Origin: Williopsis jadinii
Taxonomy: Eukaryota
Length of the DNA stretch: 64,000 nt
Assembly: GCA_024346625.1 (NCBI GenBank)
Contig: AP024668.1
Span: forward strand, 248,001 to 312,000
Direction of reading: 5' to 3'
Part shown: positions 47,845-60,355 of the stretch, in pieces
Position numbering within the stretch: the stretch's first letter is position 1
How the letters are laid out: every line of letters starts with the position of its first letter
Made by a program: the position numbers and the translations under genes
The notes under the pieces: generated by a model
Databases searched by the model: none
The model's input: the letters and a program-made list of their open reading frames with translations, nothing else
Told to the model about the DNA's origin: nothing

Positions 47845-49947
47845 ATGGCGTACGTTCAGTCTAAAGTGATGAAGAAGCGTCTTCAGGAAAAGCGCCGGGT
47901 GAGCGGTGCTGCTTTGCTTCGTGAAGAGTTGAATGCGACCACGGCGGCTGGTGATTCCAGCTCGTTGTTGGATAGCATCCAGCCCGTGGAGAAGGATAAA
48001 GGCGTGATGATGGCGAACTTTGAGGAGTGGATCAAGATGGCGACTGATAACAAGATCAATACGACGAACAGTTGGAATTTTGCGCTCATCGACTACTTCC
48101 ACGACATGGATGTTTTGAGAGGAAAGGATAACAACATTAACTTCCAAAAGGCAAGCGCCACGCTTGACGGGTGTGTGAAGATCTACTCGTCTAGAGTCGA
48201 TTCTGTTGCTACTGAGACGGGGAGGCTCCTCAGTGGCTTGGCAACACGTAAACAGACTGGTGGTGGGGAGAAGAAGGAGCGTGAAGGCGATGAGGATGAT
48301 AAGGATGAAGAGGGTGATTCCAGCGATGAGGATGCTGGAGAGGGTGATATCCAAGGATCTACAAAGGCCAAAGCGAGATCTTCGAAGATCAGTGCGAAAA
48401 GAGTGGGTGATACGTTAACAAGTTTTGAGTCTCTTCGGATCAAAAAGCTCTCTGAGGAACTTAACATTGATCCGTTGTTCAAAAAAACGTTGGCTGAATT
48501 CGATGAAGGTGGAGCAAAGAGCTTATTGCTCAATGCATTACATATAGACAATCATGGGAGAGTTGTCTTCGATGCTAATACATCAAGTCGTGATGGTGTG
48601 AAGGCGGAGGACGATGAAGAAGAGTCAACGGTTGACGTTGAGATGTCTGGAATGGATGAGCCTGAAGTGGACATTTCACCCTTGAAAGACATCTTGTACA
48701 AGAATGGCGATGACTTTGATGAAACTACACTCTGTCCTTCTATTGAACATTTGAACTCTGTTTTGAAAGACATCACCCAGGCGAAATCTATCCTCAATGG
48801 ATTTAACGTCCAACAAGAGTCTAATGACGGGGAATCGGTTCAAGACATTGCTGAAGACGGCCCAGATTTTGAGTATGGAGATAACGACAATTCATATGGC
48901 GAGTTGGATAATGAAGCAGCTGCAGTGATCTTCCAAGATGAGATACAGACGGATCAGGAGGAGGTTGGTAATGAAACTGGTGTTGTGGCTAGTGTGGTTG
49001 ATCAAGATTTGATGGCATATTTCGACAACACAATGAAACGTAGTTGGGCTGGTCCTGACCATTGGAAGGTGAGGCAATTCAAAAAGGGTAAAGCACATGC
49101 CCTATCACAAAGCTCTGATACTGTTGCTGATCCTGCTACTGCAATGACGAAACAGAAGAAGACCAAAAACGATTTCCAAATAGACTTTATGACTCCGGTG
49201 GATGAAGATGAGGAAAACACTATGTTTGCCAAGGGTAAGACTTCCACACAGCTATCTGCAGCAGACAGGGAGGCTAAAGACAGTCACTTACTCCCTGACG
49301 ATATGTACTACACTTCGGACCAGTTAACGAGACTTTTCCTCAAACCAGCTCAGAAGTTGAATATATTCAGACGGAAGTTAAACATACGGACTATTGAACC
49401 TTCTGAAGACCCTGATATTACAAGACCTGTGGATGCAACGTTCTGGGCTGATAATTATAAGGAATGTGAACTCGAAAAGAATAAAACCAATACGGATGGG
49501 GGTAGTGACCAAGGTGGCTATGACGATGACGATATTAATATTGGTGGGGACTACGATTTCGACATGGATTACGACGCTGGTACAGAATCCAACGAAGCCA
49601 AATTGAACACAAATACTCAGTTGATCGCTGGAGGTGGTAAAGCCAGACTGGGTGCTCTCAACTATTCCAAAAAGGCAAAGAACGTGAACGTGAAACAACT
49701 CAAAGATAACCTTTGGAAGTCCATCGAACACAAAATGGAAGAACCAGAACTTCAACTTAGTGATTTGGTCACCGATATTGGAAGACTATACCCCACAGAG
49801 CAGAGGAAGGATCTATCGACGTCGTTCTGTTTCATTTGTCTATTACACTTGGCTAACGAACACGGTTTAACTATCGAAAACACTGAGACACTAACTGACT
49901 TGAGAGTCACTGGATATGACACAGAGTCCTCGTCCAATACAAATTAG
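47845..49947 (+). CDS. BRN1: Condensin kleisin subunit
   Basis: NFEEWIKMATDNKIN, NFQKASATLDGCVKIYSSRVDS, DPLFKK, WAGPDHWK, STSFCFICLLHLANEHGL. Confidence 0.96.
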   Translation: MAYVQSKVMKKRLQEKRRVSGAALLREELNATTAAGDSSSLLDSIQPVEKDKGVMMANFEEWIKMATDNKINTTNSWNFALIDYFHDMDVLRGKDNNINFQKASATLDGCVKIYSSRVDSVATETGRLLSGLATRKQTGGGEKKEREGDEDDKDEEGDSSDEDAGEGDIQGSTKAKARSSKISAKRVGDTLTSFESLRIKKLSEELNIDPLFKKTLAEFDEGGAKSLLLNALHIDNHGRVVFDANTSSRDGVKAEDDEEESTVDVEMSGMDEPEVDISPLKDILYKNGDDFDETTLCPSIEHLNSVLKDITQAKSILNGFNVQQESNDGESVQDIAEDGPDFEYGDNDNSYGELDNEAAAVIFQDEIQTDQEEVGNETGVVASVVDQDLMAYFDNTMKRSWAGPDHWKVRQFKKGKAHALSQSSDTVADPATAMTKQKKTKNDFQIDFMTPVDEDEENTMFAKGKTSTQLSAADREAKDSHLLPDDMYYTSDQLTRLFLKPAQKLNIFRRKLNIRTIEPSEDPDITRPVDATFWADNYKECELEKNKTNTDGGSDQGGYDDDDINIGGDYDFDMDYDAGTESNEAKLNTNTQLIAGGGKARLGALNYSKKAKNVNVKQLKDNLWKSIEHKMEEPELQLSDLVTDIGRLYPTEQRKDLSTSFCFICLLHLANEHGLTIENTETLTDLRVTGYDTESSSNTN

Positions 49948-50343
49948 ATACCACCGGACAAAGGACATAGAGTAATACTATACCAAAATATTATAACCCC
50001 TTTCTTTCTCTTTTGATCACAGATTGAAAACTGGAACTGGACTAACCAACTAACATACTAAATAACCAACTACAGATGAACCTCTTTATGCGTATATGTT
50101 TGTGGCCCATAACAAAAAAGTACTGTCTCAAAACGGATTTCTTCAATTGGTTCCTCGATGACGCTGGAAAATTTTCGAAAAGCTTTCTTTGAATGGACTC
50201 TTCAGAGGCTTTTCACATCTCTCTTCGAGTTTGAATTACAACTTACGTGGAAAGGAAAAATAGCTTTTCGCATCTGCTAATTCATCAGCATCAACAGTTG
50301 ACCCTCGCATCCAAGCCTATCGTTCTTGTCATCACGATTAATT

Positions 50344-52851
50344 ATGTCTCAATCATCTTCATTGTCCTTTGGTCCATCATGGTATGTTGGGAGTCCTCTT
50401 GCTTCTTCTTTTTGCCACGCTGGTGTTCATTGTCTGTAGTTGCGATGATCACAGAGGTAGGATGCTATGATCTGGACCTTCTCTTACTAACTGTTGTTTA
50501 GGATGCGTCCAAGATCGTCTAGACAATCATCTTCTGCAGATATTTCGGCCCAGCGTTCGAACTCATCGAACTGGGGACGTAACTCTGACTTTCAGAATCC
50601 ACAGTCTGCTGCTGGAGATGTAAATGCTCCTCTTGATTTCAACCAATCCGCAAAAGTTGTTTATAAGAAGATTGAAAAGTCATATACGCTTGATGAGTTG
50701 CTTCAAGTGTGGTCCACTCTTCAACAGAAGTTACAATCTGTCGGGTTCGAGGATAAGTATCGATCATTGGATCCAATAAGAGATTTGGTGAATCAAGTTC
50801 AGCATGATGTTTCGCTTCAACAAAAGAAGAATACGTCTAATGTTGCGGAACTGGAGGCAAGATTGGGTGAAATTGACCAATGGGCCCAAAGAGAGAACAA
50901 CGGGCTGGATTTTGCCAGTATTTTAAGTGGTGTGAAGAGCCAAAGGGTACAAAGTCCTGCACCAGCTGCTGCATTTGAAGCTAGGGCTGTTCCTTTGCAA
51001 CGAGAATCATCATTCATGTCTGCTCATAGCCCATTAGTCTCTAGTGCATCGTTCTTGAACACTCAACAACAGTACCTTCAACCGGCTGATATCAAATGGG
51101 AGTATTTAGATCCCCAGGGTAACCTTCAGGGACCTTTTGATGGTCAGATGATGGAGAACTGGTATGAGGGTGGGTACTTATTACCAACACTACAGTTGAA
51201 ACGAGAAGGATCGAATTTCATGACATTACAAGAGTTTGTTGCATCTGTTAATAACTCCTTGACCCCATTTTTGACTCCACTGCCAAAGGCACAACCACAG
51301 ACTCTGCAACCAACGCCACATCGCTTCAACCAAGAGCAAGCCCAAATACTCCAACAACAACCTCAACAACAACAGCAGCAACAGCAACAGCAGGATTTCT
51401 CAGTCCTAGACTCTAGTAATATCTTTGGAAGTTCACAAAGCTTCTTGCCACAAGTCCAAGCTGCTCAGCAATCTGCCATCTTTGGCTCTGGTCGTTCATC
51501 TCCTTGGGCTCCTCAATCTGCCCTTGGTACTCCAACTCTTAACGGTACTCAAGAGTTCGGTATTATTAACCAATCCTCGTTCATTTCTAACTTCAACGAC
51601 AACGTTAGTGTGGCAGCTACTGCTAGTAGCAGTTTGGTCAATGTCCATGAACGTGACGACGATATCTTCAACCAAATTCACTCTCAGGTTCTCAACAATG
51701 TTTTGACCGATGAAACCACCAATGTTTCCATCACCCCAACAACCGAATCAAATGCCTCGCCGGTTGTTCCTGCTCCTTCCATTGATGGTGTACATGTTGA
51801 TGAAGCTATTTATAAGACAGCCGATGATTCAGCTCCAATTTCTGATGTTCAACCACAACCGCAAAATGTTCCTGTACAGAAAAGAGATGCTAAGAAACAA
51901 GTGAAGGCTAAAGCTGTTGAAGTCAAGACTGAGAAGCCAGTTGCTGCTTCTAAACCGTCGGTTGCACCATGGGCCAAGAAGGCATCAGTCTCCAACGCTG
52001 AACCTCGTTTAACCCTCAGTGAGATTCAAAAGTTGGAAGCTGAAAAGCAAGCTAAGAACCAAAAGATCAAAGCTGAGCAGGATAGATTGGTTGCTGCTCA
52101 ATTACTTGCTGATGCTACAAACTCTTTGAAAGACGCACAAGTCAGCAACAGCAAGACTTCCCTTCCAGCCACTGCAACTTGGGCTTCTGCAAAGAAGCCA
52201 GCTTCTACTCCAACAAAGTCGCTCTTGGACATCCAACGTGAAGAACTCGCTGCTTCTGCTGCTGCCTCAGCAGCTTCATCGTTATCTACGAGCTCTGGTG
52301 TCTCGAAAATCTCTAAGCACCAGCCACCAAGTTTTGCATCTGTTGCAAGTTCACCATCTAATGCTTGGACCACGGTTACTGCTAAGAAGCCAGTTGTAAA
52401 GCCATCTACACCACAAACCACGAACCAATCGAGCAAACAACTCACTCCAGACATGTTACGTTCCATCTCTGCCCCAGTGACTAGTACCACTGCTGGAAGA
52501 CAACCATCATCCTCTAACAAGGCTGTTTCTCCACGTCAAGAGTTTTTGGCATGGTGTCGTTCCACTATGAAATTGCATAAGGGCATCCAAATTGATGGGA
52601 TCTTGGAACTCATCCTAGAGCTTCCATTTGGACCTGACTCGTCTGAAATCATTGCCGATACCATCTACTCTAACTCGTCCACGATGGATGGTAGAAGATT
52701 TTCCCAAGAGTTCATGAAACGTCGTAAAGCCGTTGAGACACAGGTCAACGATGGATTATCATGGACCGATGCGCTTCACATCAGTGCCATTGACGATGAC
52801 GATGGATGGGATTTCCAAGTTGTCAAGAAGAAAGGCAAGAGAAGAAACTAA
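50344..52851 (+). CDS. SMY2: GYF-domain protein (Smy2/Syh1, GIGYF family); exons 50344-50381, 50502-52851 (120-nt intron GTATGT..TACTAAC..TAG)
   Basis: GYF domain WEYLDPQGNLQGPFDGQMMENWYEGGYL; C-terminal EIIADTIYSNSSTMDGRRF; adjacent to SEC66. Confidence 0.88.
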
Positions 52852-52939
52852 GCTTTCCCTCTCTCTCTACAAAGTTACTCCATGTATATATATATCTGTT
52901 TTGACGATACACGTATACATTCAGCATGTCTCACCCATT

Positions 52940-53542
52940 CTATTTAACTGTAGCCGTTTGTTTGTGAGGAGTTTGGTTTGGGAATACGTATGTGCCATCG
53001 TCATTGACCTTGATTCCCCATTCGTGTAGCAGGTCAACCTTCTTGTCCTTCAGCCCGTTGTACTTCTTAGCCAAGGCCTCGTTGAGGCAAACCTCCTGCA
53101 ACAGAGGCAAGAACTTTGAGACCCAGCCCTTCTTATACTTCTCAGTCTCCTGCACCAGCTCCTGGATCTCAATCTCCTCCACCTTCTGCGCTGTTTGGAA
53201 CCTCTCCCATAGGTCATCGCTTATAGAACCCTTGTGATATAAAACGTTCATGAAAGGTGTGAACTCCTTCAGCTTCAGCGTTCTCTTGATGCACTCAGCT
53301 CCCCTTCTGATCAGCGCAGCCTTCAGCACCTGCTCATTCGGCTTCTCGTTAGCGTTCACCAGCTCGAAGTACATCTCTTTCGCAATGTTCCTGTCGAAGA
53401 AAGGCTTTCTCGACGTCAGCTCCTTCAGCTTCTTCTGTCTGTACTTGATGGAGAACACCACAAGCGCTCCAATCATGATCGTCACGTAGATCAGTGGCGT
53501 GTACACCGAGATCTTGGTGATTGGCATCTCTTCCTCGTCCAT
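52940..53542 (-). CDS. SEC66: Sec63 complex subunit Sec66/Sec71
   Basis: ISVYTPLIY transmembrane segment, VLKAALIRRGAE, KGSISDDLWERF; synteny SMY2-SEC66-NPL4-SSE. Confidence 0.92.
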   Translation of the reverse strand: MDEEEMPITKISVYTPLIYVTIMIGALVVFSIKYRQKKLKELTSRKPFFDRNIAKEMYFELVNANEKPNEQVLKAALIRRGAECIKRTLKLKEFTPFMNVLYHKGSISDDLWERFQTAQKVEEIEIQELVQETEKYKKGWVSKFLPLLQEVCLNEALAKKYNGLKDKKVDLLHEWGIKVNDDGTYVFPNQTPHKQTATVK

Positions 53543-53754
53543 CGTGCTCTGTGCTTTCTTCTAGCCTTGTCAAACCGTTCAAGTGTTGATCGAAGGTGGT
53601 TGGAAGCGCTTTGAACAAAATTTAGGGCCACGTTGAAGTATCAAACGTGTTCGCGGTGCCTCGGGCTCAGTCCCGACGGCAAACATCAACATCAACATCA
53701 ACATCAACAAAGAAGGTCAGTTGGGTGTAGACGAAGGGCACAGAGAGGTTTATT

Positions 53755-54048
53755 ATGAGTATTGTGAGTAGTTGTGTGGATGTTTTATCGTGTGGCGAGC
53801 TAACAAGAGCGTCAGGTGATTCGTTTCCGGTCTAAAGATGGGATGCTGAGGGTCTCTGCTGATCCTGATGGTGACTTCCTCAACGTTGTGGAGGAGCTGT
53901 CGAAGAAGCTGGCGGTTGATGTGGCCAAGGTTGAGGTGTCTAGTGGGCCTGGTGGTCCGTTCCAGCCGTTGCTGGTGCTGTGTGGCAAGACGCCGTCTTC
54001 TCTGGGGTTCAAGAATGGTGAGATGTTGTTTTTGAAGTATGATGATTC

Positions 54049-54087
<39 letters not shown>

Positions 54088-55519
54088 ACAGCAGCCGTTG
54101 CAAGGCTCTGTTCAGATCAGTGATGCTACAATCCCGGCCTCCTCTGTGAAAGAACTCCCAGTCGACGTTGAATTGAACAAGGAAGCCGGTCTCATTCCTA
54201 GAAGTCGATCAAAATTCTGTAGACATGGAGACCAAGGCATGTGTGAGTACTGTTCTCCATTGCCACCTTGGGACAAGTCGTATAGAGACGAACACCAGAT
54301 CAAGCACATGTCGTTCCACGCCTATCTCAAGCAGCTGGATCATGCGACGAATAAAGGACAAGGCTCGTCGTATATTGCGCCTCTCCAAGAGTCGAACTTC
54401 AACATTGATAAGAAGTGCCGTGGAGGACATGAGCCTTGGCCAAAGGGTATCTGCTCCAAATGCCAGCCTTCTGCAATCACACTACAGCAGCAGGAGTTCC
54501 GTATGGTGGACCATCTTGAATTCGCCAACTCTGAAATCGTCAACTCCTTCATTGAGAGCTGGAGACAGACCGGAACACAGAGAATTGGCTTCATGTATGG
54601 AACGTACGCCAAGTACGATAAGGTCCCACTTGGTATAAAAGCCGTTGTTGAGGCCATCTATGAGCCTTCGCAGCACGATGAGAACGATGGCCTGACCCTG
54701 GGCATACCCTGGGAGGATGAACAGCAGATTGATCAAATTGCAGAGCTGTGTGGCTTACAGAAGATTGGGGTGATATTCACGGATCTAACCGACGCAGGCC
54801 AGGGCGATGGCTCAGTGCTGTGTAAGAGACATAAGGACTCGTTTTTCCTTTCATCGTTGGAAGTGATATTTGCAGCCCAGTTGCAGAAGCACTACCCGAA
54901 CTATACAAAGAGCTCTCCCTCTGGGAAGTTCTCTTCGAAGTTCGTCACCTGTGTCATCAGTGGTAACCTCGCAGGAGAGATTGATATGTTCCCATACCAA
55001 GTGTCTGAGAGTGCCGAGGCCCTCGTCTCTGCTGATCTGATCACGGGCTCAACCAAGCCATCGTTCGCATACATCAACGAGACAAATGAGAGCAGATACG
55101 TTCCAGAGATCTTCTACACAAAGATCAACGAGTACAACCTACAGGTGAAGACCAATGCCAAACCTGCCATCCCGGTCGACTACCTGCTGGTGACGTTGTC
55201 GCATGGCTTCCCACAGGAGCCCAATGCCGTCTTCAAGAGCAACAGCTTCCCCATCGAGAACAGACAGGCGATGGGCATATCCAGAGATCTCACGGACCTG
55301 AAGCGTCGCATGGACAAGTACACCCGTGGCGAGCTCAAGCTCGTCGACGTGATCTCAGACTTCCACCTCCTGACGCTGCTGTTCACCGTTGAAGTGCTCA
55401 ACAGCGATGAGAAGGCACTCCTGGCTAGAGCCGCAACGACTCACAAGCTCGAAGACTGCTACCAGCTCCAGGAGACCGGTGGCTGGCAGACCCTCCTGAC
55501 CATCCTGTCTATGCAGTGA
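53755..55519 (+). CDS. NPL4: Cdc48 cofactor Npl4; exons 53755-53763, 53816-55519 (52-nt intron GTGAGT..AGCTAAC..CAG)
   Basis: [12 protein letters not shown]; zinc fingers [12 protein letters not shown] and [29 protein letters not shown]. Confidence 0.96.
54050..54094 (+). repeat. CAG/CAA tract encoding Q15 in the Npl4 linker
   Basis: 15 consecutive Gln codons after the ubiquitin-like domain. Confidence 0.9.
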
Positions 55520-55637
55520 GTGCACAGTGCCCTCACTCCATAATCAACGCTTTCGACTCGCTCAACATTGTACATCGTGTAGTTTCTCCTATCCACCGCT
55601 ACTCCTCTAGCATTACCCGATTAGGAAGTCAAGATGT

Positions 55638-55652
55638 AGAATTTTCCAGAAC
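55638..55652 (+). promoter_or_regulatory. Perfect three-unit heat-shock element of SSE1
   Basis: aGAAttTTCcaGAAc, about 150 nt upstream of the ATG. Confidence 0.85.
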
Positions 55653-55797
55653 AAAAAAATTCCGTCGATGCCTTCGCAAACCACAAAAAAAAATTCTTCC
55701 AAAACATCAACAACTTCTTTGCTGTGTTTTCCCTTCTCTTCTTCCTCCAAAACCAGTTTTCCTTTCCAAAACACACGCTAAGAAAGAGAGAATTACT

Positions 55798-57870
55798 ATG
55801 AGTGCACCATTTGGTATTGATTTCGGTAACCACAACACGGTTGTTGCTGTTGCAAAGAACAGGGGTATCGATGTTGTTGTGAACGAAGTGTCCAACAGAG
55901 CCACACCAACGATTGTTGGATTCGGCCAGCAGAACCGTGCGATTGGAGAGAGCGGTAAGTCGCAGCAGATCTCCAACATCAAGAACACTGTTGATAACTT
56001 CAAGAGAATTGTCGGCTTGGACTATGGCCACCCGGACGTGAAGAAGGAGGAGCCATTCTTCACCACGAAGCTTGCCGATGTTGATGGACAAGTTGGTGCC
56101 AAGGTGAGATTCCTTGGGAAGGAGGAGACGTTCTCCTCTGTGCAGATCGCTGCTATGTACTTCAACAAGCTCAAGTCCACGGTGAGCAAGGAGACCAAGC
56201 TGAACATCAACGACGTTTGTATCTCTGTGCCATTGTGGTACACCCAGCAGCAGCGCCACGCTGTTGCCGATGCTGCTAGAATTGCCGGGTTGAACCCGGT
56301 CAGAATCGTCAACGACTTGACAGCCGCTGCTGTTGGCTACGGTGTGTTCAAGACCGACTTGCCAGAAGACAAGCCGGTCAACATGGCGCTTGTCGACATT
56401 GGTCACTCTGCCTATGAGGTTTCCATCGTTTCCTTGAAGAAAGGTGAGCTCAAGGTGTTGGGATCCGCTTACGATAAGTTCTTTGGTGGTAGAGACTTTG
56501 ACTACGCCATTGCCAACTACTTTGCCGATGAATTGGATGCTAAGCACAAGACCGATGTCCGCTCTAACCCAAAGTCCTTCTCCAGAATGCTCGCATCTGC
56601 TGAGAAGTTGAAAAAGATCTTGTCTGCCAACACCCAGGCCCCATACAACGTTGAATCTGTGATTAACGACATTGACTACTCTTCCTCTATGACCAGAGAC
56701 CAGCTGGAGGAGTTGGTTCAACCATTGTTGGACCGTGTTAACGTTCCAATCGAGCAGGCTTTGAAGCAATCTGGTTTGTCCAAGGATGACTTGGACTTTG
56801 TCGAGGTCATCGGTGGTGGTTCCAGAGTTCCATCTCTTAAGGAGAGATTGGCTGAGACTTTCGGCAAGCCATTGTCCTTCCACTTGAACCAGGATGAGTC
56901 CATTGCTAAGGGTGCCACTTTTATCTGTGCCATCCACTCCCCAACTTTGAGAGTCCGTCCATTCAAGTTCACCGATGTCAACGAGTTCTCCATCACTTAC
57001 CAATGGGATCAACAAGTTGAAGGTGACGATGACCACTTGGAAGTTTTCCCAGCTGGCTCATCGTACCCATCTACTAAAGTTATCACTTTGGAACGTACCG
57101 GTGACTTCAACGTCTCTGCTAGATACACCAACGTGAAGGAATTGCCAGCTGGTACTCCAGAGGAGATTGCTTCCTGGAAGATCCAAGGTGTCAAACTTGC
57201 AGACGGCCAAAGCACAATCTCTGTTAAGGCTAAGCTCAGAAACAACGAATCCGGATTCGCATCCATCGAGTCTGCTTACACCGTGGAAGAAGTTGAAGTT
57301 GAAGAGGAGATCCCATACGAAGGTGAAGGCGAGAAGCCAGAGGACTACGAGCCACAGTACAAGAAGGTTAAGAAGCTCGTCAAGAAGGATGATTTGTCCA
57401 TCACCACCAAGGACGCTGCCCTTCCACAGGACAAGTTGAACGAGTACTTCGAGAAGGAGGCCCAATTGACCTCCACCGATGAGCTTGTCTTCAAGATCCA
57501 AAACAAGAGAAACGAGATTGAGGAGTACATCTACGACTTCAGATCCAAGTTGGATGGAATCTATGCTCCATTCGTCTCTGAAAAGGAGAAGGAGGACTTG
57601 TCCGAGCTCTTGATGAACGCTGAGGACTGGTTGTACGACCACGAGGATGCCTCCTTGGGTGTCTACACCGCCAAGTACGAGGAGTTGGCCTCCAAGGGTA
57701 ACCTGATCAGAGGTCGTTACCAATCTGCCGAGAACGAGAAGGAGGAGGCTGCCAGAGCCAAGAAGGAGGCCGAGGCCTACCAAAAATTCACCCAGAAGTT
57801 GCAAGAGCAGAAGAAGGAGCAACCTGAGGAGCCAAAGAAGGACGCTGATGGTGACTTAGATTTGGATTAA
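55798..57870 (+). CDS. SSE1: Hsp110 nucleotide-exchange factor
   Basis: [60 protein letters not shown] at 55798. Confidence 0.96.
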   Translation: MSAPFGIDFGNHNTVVAVAKNRGIDVVVNEVSNRATPTIVGFGQQNRAIGESGKSQQISNIKNTVDNFKRIVGLDYGHPDVKKEEPFFTTKLADVDGQVGAKVRFLGKEETFSSVQIAAMYFNKLKSTVSKETKLNINDVCISVPLWYTQQQRHAVADAARIAGLNPVRIVNDLTAAAVGYGVFKTDLPEDKPVNMALVDIGHSAYEVSIVSLKKGELKVLGSAYDKFFGGRDFDYAIANYFADELDAKHKTDVRSNPKSFSRMLASAEKLKKILSANTQAPYNVESVINDIDYSSSMTRDQLEELVQPLLDRVNVPIEQALKQSGLSKDDLDFVEVIGGGSRVPSLKERLAETFGKPLSFHLNQDESIAKGATFICAIHSPTLRVRPFKFTDVNEFSITYQWDQQVEGDDDHLEVFPAGSSYPSTKVITLERTGDFNVSARYTNVKELPAGTPEEIASWKIQGVKLADGQSTISVKAKLRNNESGFASIESAYTVEEVEVEEEIPYEGEGEKPEDYEPQYKKVKKLVKKDDLSITTKDAALPQDKLNEYFEKEAQLTSTDELVFKIQNKRNEIEEYIYDFRSKLDGIYAPFVSEKEKEDLSELLMNAEDWLYDHEDASLGVYTAKYEELASKGNLIRGRYQSAENEKEEAARAKKEAEAYQKFTQKLQEQKKEQPEEPKKDADGDLDLD

Positions 57871-58130
57871 AGATGCACATAAGCAACAAAAATAAGACAA
57901 AGAGAGACGAGATATAAAGGAAGAGCATCAGACGCAGTTTTTACACATCGGGTTTTTAACAACATTTCGGCTATTATCATATCACAAATTATTACATATT
58001 ATCAACGGTGGAAGGGGTTTGATACACACAACTGAAGCGTGTTTGGTTTCTTCCTCTTGTTCTTGTTCTTTTAATCTTCTTTTGATAATTTTATATGGGA
58101 AACTGAAAAACTTGTTGATCTGTAGAAAAA

Positions 58131-58166
58131 ATGGTGAAGATGGTGAAAATGGTGAAAATGGTGAAG
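58131..58166 (+). repeat. 4x 9-nt repeat ATGGTGAA(A/G) upstream of MSD1
   Basis: atggtgaag atggtgaaa atggtgaaa atggtgaag. Confidence 0.8.
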
Positions 58167-58225
58167 AAATTCGCGGGAGCCGACCCCCATCGCTCCTACA
58201 TCCACTGCACTTGCGGAAGTAAAAG

Positions 58226-60243
58226 ATGCTCAAATTCGCCGTTAAAAGGTGCCTAAAAAGACCTGTTGGCGCCCATGGTGGTGCCTGTGGTGGTGCTCGT
58301 GGTGGTGTTCGCCTCGTATCACAATTGCCCCCGAGAGATGAGGTTATTCCCAAGTGTAAGTAGTGTGCTGGCTGCTGATGATGAGGAAGAAGAGTACTAA
58401 CACTGCTGAGCCAGTCGCCTTCCAGAAGCATACACACACTGTCAGCGCCATAGACAGCGACGTAGCGTCGCACTTTGGCCAGGAGGTATCGCTGTCTGGG
58501 TGGATCGACAAGAAGCCCAAGAAGATGGGCAAGAACATCGTGTTTGCTACGCTCAGAGACTTTGAAGGGAACTTCACTCAGATTGTTTCAAAGGACCCGA
58601 GTATCGTGTCTCTGATCGAATCAGCAAACGTGGAGGACTGTGTCACTGTGACTGGTGTTGTTGAGCAGAGAAGGGCGAGAAATGCCGAAGACAAGGACAT
58701 CCGTTGGGATGTGAATCTGAGAGAGTACCAGACACTCAACCATTCTGATGTGCTGACGGCTCAGTTGGAGTCGCTGAAGGCCACGCCTAACGACTTCCCT
58801 CAGCAGTACAGATACTTGCAACTGCGTATCCCGTTCTACCAGCAGGCTCTGAAGAAGAGATCTCAGGCTGCGACGGTGGTGAGATCGGAGCTTGCCGAGA
58901 TGGGATTCACCGAGATTGAGACTCCTCTGCTGTTCAAGTCGACGCCTGAAGGAGCACGTGAGTTCCTGGTGCCCACGAGAAGAAAGGACCAGTTCTACGC
59001 ACTGCCTCAGTCACCACAGCAGTTCAAACAGTTGTTGATGGCCAGTGGAGTGAAGAACTACTTCCAAATCGCACGCTGCTTCCGTGATGAGGATCTGAGG
59101 GCAGATAGACAGCCAGAATTCACACAGGTGGACTTGGAGATGTCTTTTGCAGATGCTGCGGATGTCCAGCGTACCGTGGAACGTGTCGTCAAGCGCATTT
59201 GGAAGGAGGTGGCTCAGAAGGACATCTACACGCTGGACTCCACTGGACAAGCTGAACTTGGTCCATTTGTCCATCTTTCGTATGACCAAGTGTTGAGCCA
59301 ATACGGTATAGACAAACCAGATCTGAGATCAACATTGAAGTTCCACAATCTAGAAGGGCTGGCCACTGCTGTGGAGAATGCTGAGTACCCAGTGTTCGAA
59401 GTGTGTGTGTTGCCAGGAGCATTTGAAGGTAAGGCAAAGCTTCCAAAGAAGCTGTTTGACGATTCAGAGTATAGAAATAGGAATCCAATCATCGTGCCAA
59501 TTAAAACAGAAGATGATCGTACTAAATGGGTTGAAAAGTTCCAATCAATGGTGAAATTCCATGATTTGGGGAAGATTAATGAGCTTTTGAACTTACAAGT
59601 AGGCGATGTCATTGCAGGTTCTACACGGTCAAAATTGTCCTACGAGAATCCAACACCATTGGGAAGATTTAGACAATTGGCTATCTCTGAATTCCCAGAC
59701 AAATGGAGACATGACGGTGTTGATTTCGTCGGTGCATGGGTTGAAGACTTCCCATTGTTCAACCCACATGAGTTGCCGGAAGCTGAGAAAGTTGATTATC
59801 CAAGGTATGACTATACGAAATTTGTCTCCACTCATCATCCATTTACAATGGCTAAACCAGAAGACTACGAACGTCTTGATTCAGCTCCATTGTCTGTGAA
59901 AGGTGAGCACTATGACCTCGTTGTCAATGGCGTCGAATTGGGTGGTGGTTCCAGAAGAGTCCACGACTCTCAGGTCCAAAGATTCATCCTCGATGAGATC
60001 CTCAAGGTTCCAGACCCAGATAGATTGTTTGGCCATCTCTTGAAGGCATTGTCAATGGGCTGTCCACCACATGCCGGTCTTGCGCTCGGGTTTGATCGAC
60101 TATGTGCCATGTTGATTGGGAGCTCAAGCATCAGAGACGTTGTTGCCTTCCCAAAGACTCAAAACGGTACTGACCCTGTTGTTGAGAGCCCAAGCACCAT
60201 CTCTGATGAGGTGTTGAAAGAGTATCACATCAAAAAAGTGTGA
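58226..60243 (+). CDS. MSD1: Mitochondrial aspartyl-tRNA synthetase; exons 58226-58355, 58415-60243 (59-nt intron GTAAGT..TACTAAC..CAG)
   Basis: Presequence MLKFAVKRCLKR; KSTPEGAREFLVP, ALPQSPQQFKQ, CFRDEDLRADRQPEFTQVD, GCPPHAGLALGFDR. Confidence 0.95.
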
Positions 60244-60355
60244 GATATCACCACGTCGGGTACATAATAGCAAAGAGAATATGGAATATTTATATCTGTA
60301 TATAGAATATGACTTCAAAATCAAAGAAAAATCAAATTGGCGTGTGAGAATTTGA

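Noticed and set aside
50040..50075. GACTAAC...TACAG resembling an intron 3' end after BRN1
   Set aside because: No matching donor or downstream exon; BRN1 already ends properly.
55516..55797. 94-codon in-frame extension upstream of SSE1 from a GTG
   Set aside because: Covers the NPL4 terminator region and the HSE-containing promoter; homology starts at ATG 55798.
55621..57822. 471-aa and 254-aa antisense ORFs over SSE1
   Set aside because: Same codon-bias artefact, well known for Hsp70-family genes.
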